Origin: Heterodontus francisci
Taxonomy: Eukaryota
NCBI RefSeq assembly: GCF_036365525.1
Contig: NC_090404.1
Coordinates: forward strand, 18,545,134-18,609,133
Direction: 5' to 3'
Length of the DNA stretch: 64,000 nt
Positions 61,897 to 64,000 of the stretch are shown piece by piece. The position numbers and the translations under genes were made by a program. How positions within the stretch are numbered: position 1 is the first letter of the stretch; every line of letters starts with the position of its first letter. The notes under the pieces are model-generated. The model was not told the DNA's origin. It worked only from the letters and a program-made list of their open reading frames with translations, and did not search any database.

Positions 61897-62549
61897 ATAG
61901 TTTATTCTTCTTCTCCAAAATACAAAGACCAGAAGTCTAGTTTCACAAAGCTACTCGGCCTTTCCATTGCCCCCAGGTGTTACCACCTGCCGGTTCATTT
62001 ACATGTTCTCAATGACTGACTCCTTGTTTTACAATCCAAAAGTCTGGGAGGGTGAAACCCATTGTTCTTCAGGTGTTAGTGCTGTGGTCTCTGTTCTTCA
62101 GAAAACACTCTTTGATCTGTTCCCTCTGTTGTCCTGGTAACCTTTTACAGAGTGGAGGGGAGGTCAGCTGACATCCTGGATTCCACTGTGAACTTTCAAA
62201 AAATCACAATCTAAGATATAATCATATTACAAGGTCCAGTGATTCTAACATCAGTTCACAACAACAGAAATTAACTGTGACTGCGACTGTGACTCAGTTG
62301 TTACCATTGTCGCCTCGGTTCAAGTCCCACTCCAGAGAGTTTGCTGTGTGTAATTGGCTGCTGTGTTTCCTACATTACAACAGTGACTACACTTCAATCG
62401 TACTTCATTGGCTGTAAAGCACTTTAACATGTCCTGAGGTAGTGGAAGGTGCTGTATATGTGCAGATCTTTCTTTAACTGTAGAATGAATATGGTTCAGT
62501 CCTGGATGTGATTAACAGCAACAAAAACAGCAGATTCTAACCCGTGCAG

Positions 62550-63251
62550 TCACTTGTGAACTCGCTGGTGTGTCAGCAGGTGTGCTAACTGAGCAAATCC
62601 CTTCCCACACTCAGTGCAGGTGAACGGCCTTTCCCCAGTGTGAACACGCTGGTGTATCACCAGGTCGGATGACTGAGTGAATCCCTTCCCACACACGAAG
62701 CAGGTAAATGGCCTCTCCCCAGTGTGAACTCTCTGGTGTCTGTTCAGGGTGGACGAATGAGTGAATTTGTTCCCACACACAGAGCAGGTGAACGGCTTCT
62801 CCCCAGTGTGAACTCTCTGGTGTCTGTTCAGGGTGGATGAATGAGTGAATTTGTTCCCGCACACAGAGCAGGTGAACGGCTTCTCCCCAGTGTGAACTCG
62901 CTGGTGTGTCTGCAGGTGGGATGACTGAGTAAATCCCTTCCCACACTCAGAGCAGGTGAACATCCTCTCCCCAGTGTGAACCCGCTGGTGTCTGATCAGA
63001 TCATTTCTGCTTTTAAAGCTCTTCTCACAGTCAGAACATTTAAAAGGTCTCTTATCAGTGTGAACAAGTTGGTGTTCAGTGAGGTGGGCTAATCGAGTGA
63101 ATCCCTTCCCACATGTGGAGCAGGTGAACGGCCTCTCCCCAGTGTGACTACGTCGATGAATTTCCAGCAGGGATGGAGATCGGTATCCCTTCCCACAGTC
63201 CCCACATTTCCATGGTTTTTCTGTGTCCTTATATCTCTCCAGGTTGGATGA
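62550..63251 (-). CDS. ZNF-E: open frame with 8 C2H2 fingers; first ATG at 62963 would give only 5 fingers
   Basis: Manual translation EKPWKCGDC...HTGERMFTC...HQRVHK; upstream TGA at 63254-63252; acceptor ttttacAG at 63540-63539. Confidence 0.72.
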   Translation of the reverse strand, partial: SSNLERYKDTEKPWKCGDCGKGYRSPSLLEIHRRSHTGERPFTCSTCGKGFTRLAHLTEHQLVHTDKRPFKCSDCEKSFKSRNDLIRHQRVHTGERMFTCSECGKGFTQSSHLQTHQRVHTGEKPFTCSVCGNKFTHSSTLNRHQRVHTGEKPFTCSVCGNKFTHSSTLNRHQRVHTGERPFTCFVCGKGFTQSSDLVIHQRVHTGERPFTCTECGKGFAQLAHLLTHQRVHK

Positions 63252-63699
63252 TCAGCTGAAGCCTGGTCTACACACAGAACACGTGTACGATTACTCCCCG
63301 CTGTGAATGGTGTGATTTTTTTTTTCAGGCTATATAACTGGTTAAAGTGCAGTGGAACACTCTCACTCTGGTGGGTGTGTGCGTCTCGGTGCCTTTCCAG
63401 TCACACTGATGTTGGAAATCTTTTCCCACAGACATTTCTCCTTCCACATTCAAAGGCCGATGATATTCAGGTCCTGATGAATCGAGACAAATGTTTGTTT
63501 TGAGTTTCCTGTCTGCAAATCCTTTCCTTTCTCACACCCTGTAAAAGGAGTTTACAAAAGTCATCACTGAAAGTAAAGGACAGAAATTCAGAACAGACAA
63601 TTCTAGTTAATCCGGAACATTCTTTCGTCTCTTGTTTCCCCTAAATATGTGATCCATTCAAACTAAAAGAAGCCAAAATAAGCAACAAAGTCTGAATAA

Positions 63700-63960
63700 A
63701 AGCAAAATTCTGCACATGCTGGAAATCTGAAATAAAAACAAAAAGTGCTGGAAATACTCAGCAGTTCTGGCAGCATCTGTGGAGAGAGAATAAGAGTTAA
63801 AGTTTCAGGTCTGTGACCTTTCATCAGAACCGTCAAAGGTTAGAAATGTAAAGACTTTAAGCAAGTCAAAGTGTTGTGGGGTGCAGGGCGGAATGTGGTG
63901 GGTGGAGGAACAACAAAAGGGAAGGCCTTTGATAGGGCAGTGGGCAGGAGAAATTAAATG
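63700..63960 (-). mobile_element. Penelope-like terminal repeat with hammerhead-like motif (63796-63830)
   Basis: Homologous to 3690-3900; minus strand reads gttCTGATGAaaggtcacagacctGAAActttaac. Confidence 0.7.
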
Positions 63961-64000
63961 TTATATATGTGTGAAAATAAATATATGAAAATAAATGACA

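Noticed and set aside
59500-62230. LTR hosting the RTE insertion
   Set aside because: Termini and TSD could not be defined from the sequence

Overview
Vertebrate genomic DNA, CpG-depleted apart from short islands. The repeat families (HE1/V-SINE-like, DeuSINE-like, abundant CR1) point to a cartilaginous fish, probably a shark; this is inferred from repeat content only. The window is a cluster of five tandem C2H2 zinc-finger loci with no recognisable effector domain: ZNF-A 25.1-26.9 kb (-), ZNF-B 38.3-40.0 kb (-), ZNF-C pseudogene 47.4-48.2 kb (-), ZNF-D 50.7-51.8 kb (+) and ZNF-E 62.5-63.5 kb (-). They sit in densely nested retroelements (CR1, L2, RTE, Penelope-like, Gmr1-like Gypsy, an ERV LTR and three SINE families). 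A head-to-tail segmental duplication (21093-35420 / 35421-46445) produced ZNF-A and ZNF-B, whose finger arrays diverged much more than their flanks. Main observations: progressive loss of start codons across the ZNF family; a shared CCAAT/GC-box promoter cassette; an ERV with a tRNA-Ser PBS resolved differently in the two duplicates; an RTE insertion with a 5' inversion and a 16-bp TSD; Penelope hammerhead-like motifs; and a SCAN-like gag upstream of ZNF exons. Everything was read by eye, and boundaries of old repeats are approximate (tens of bp).
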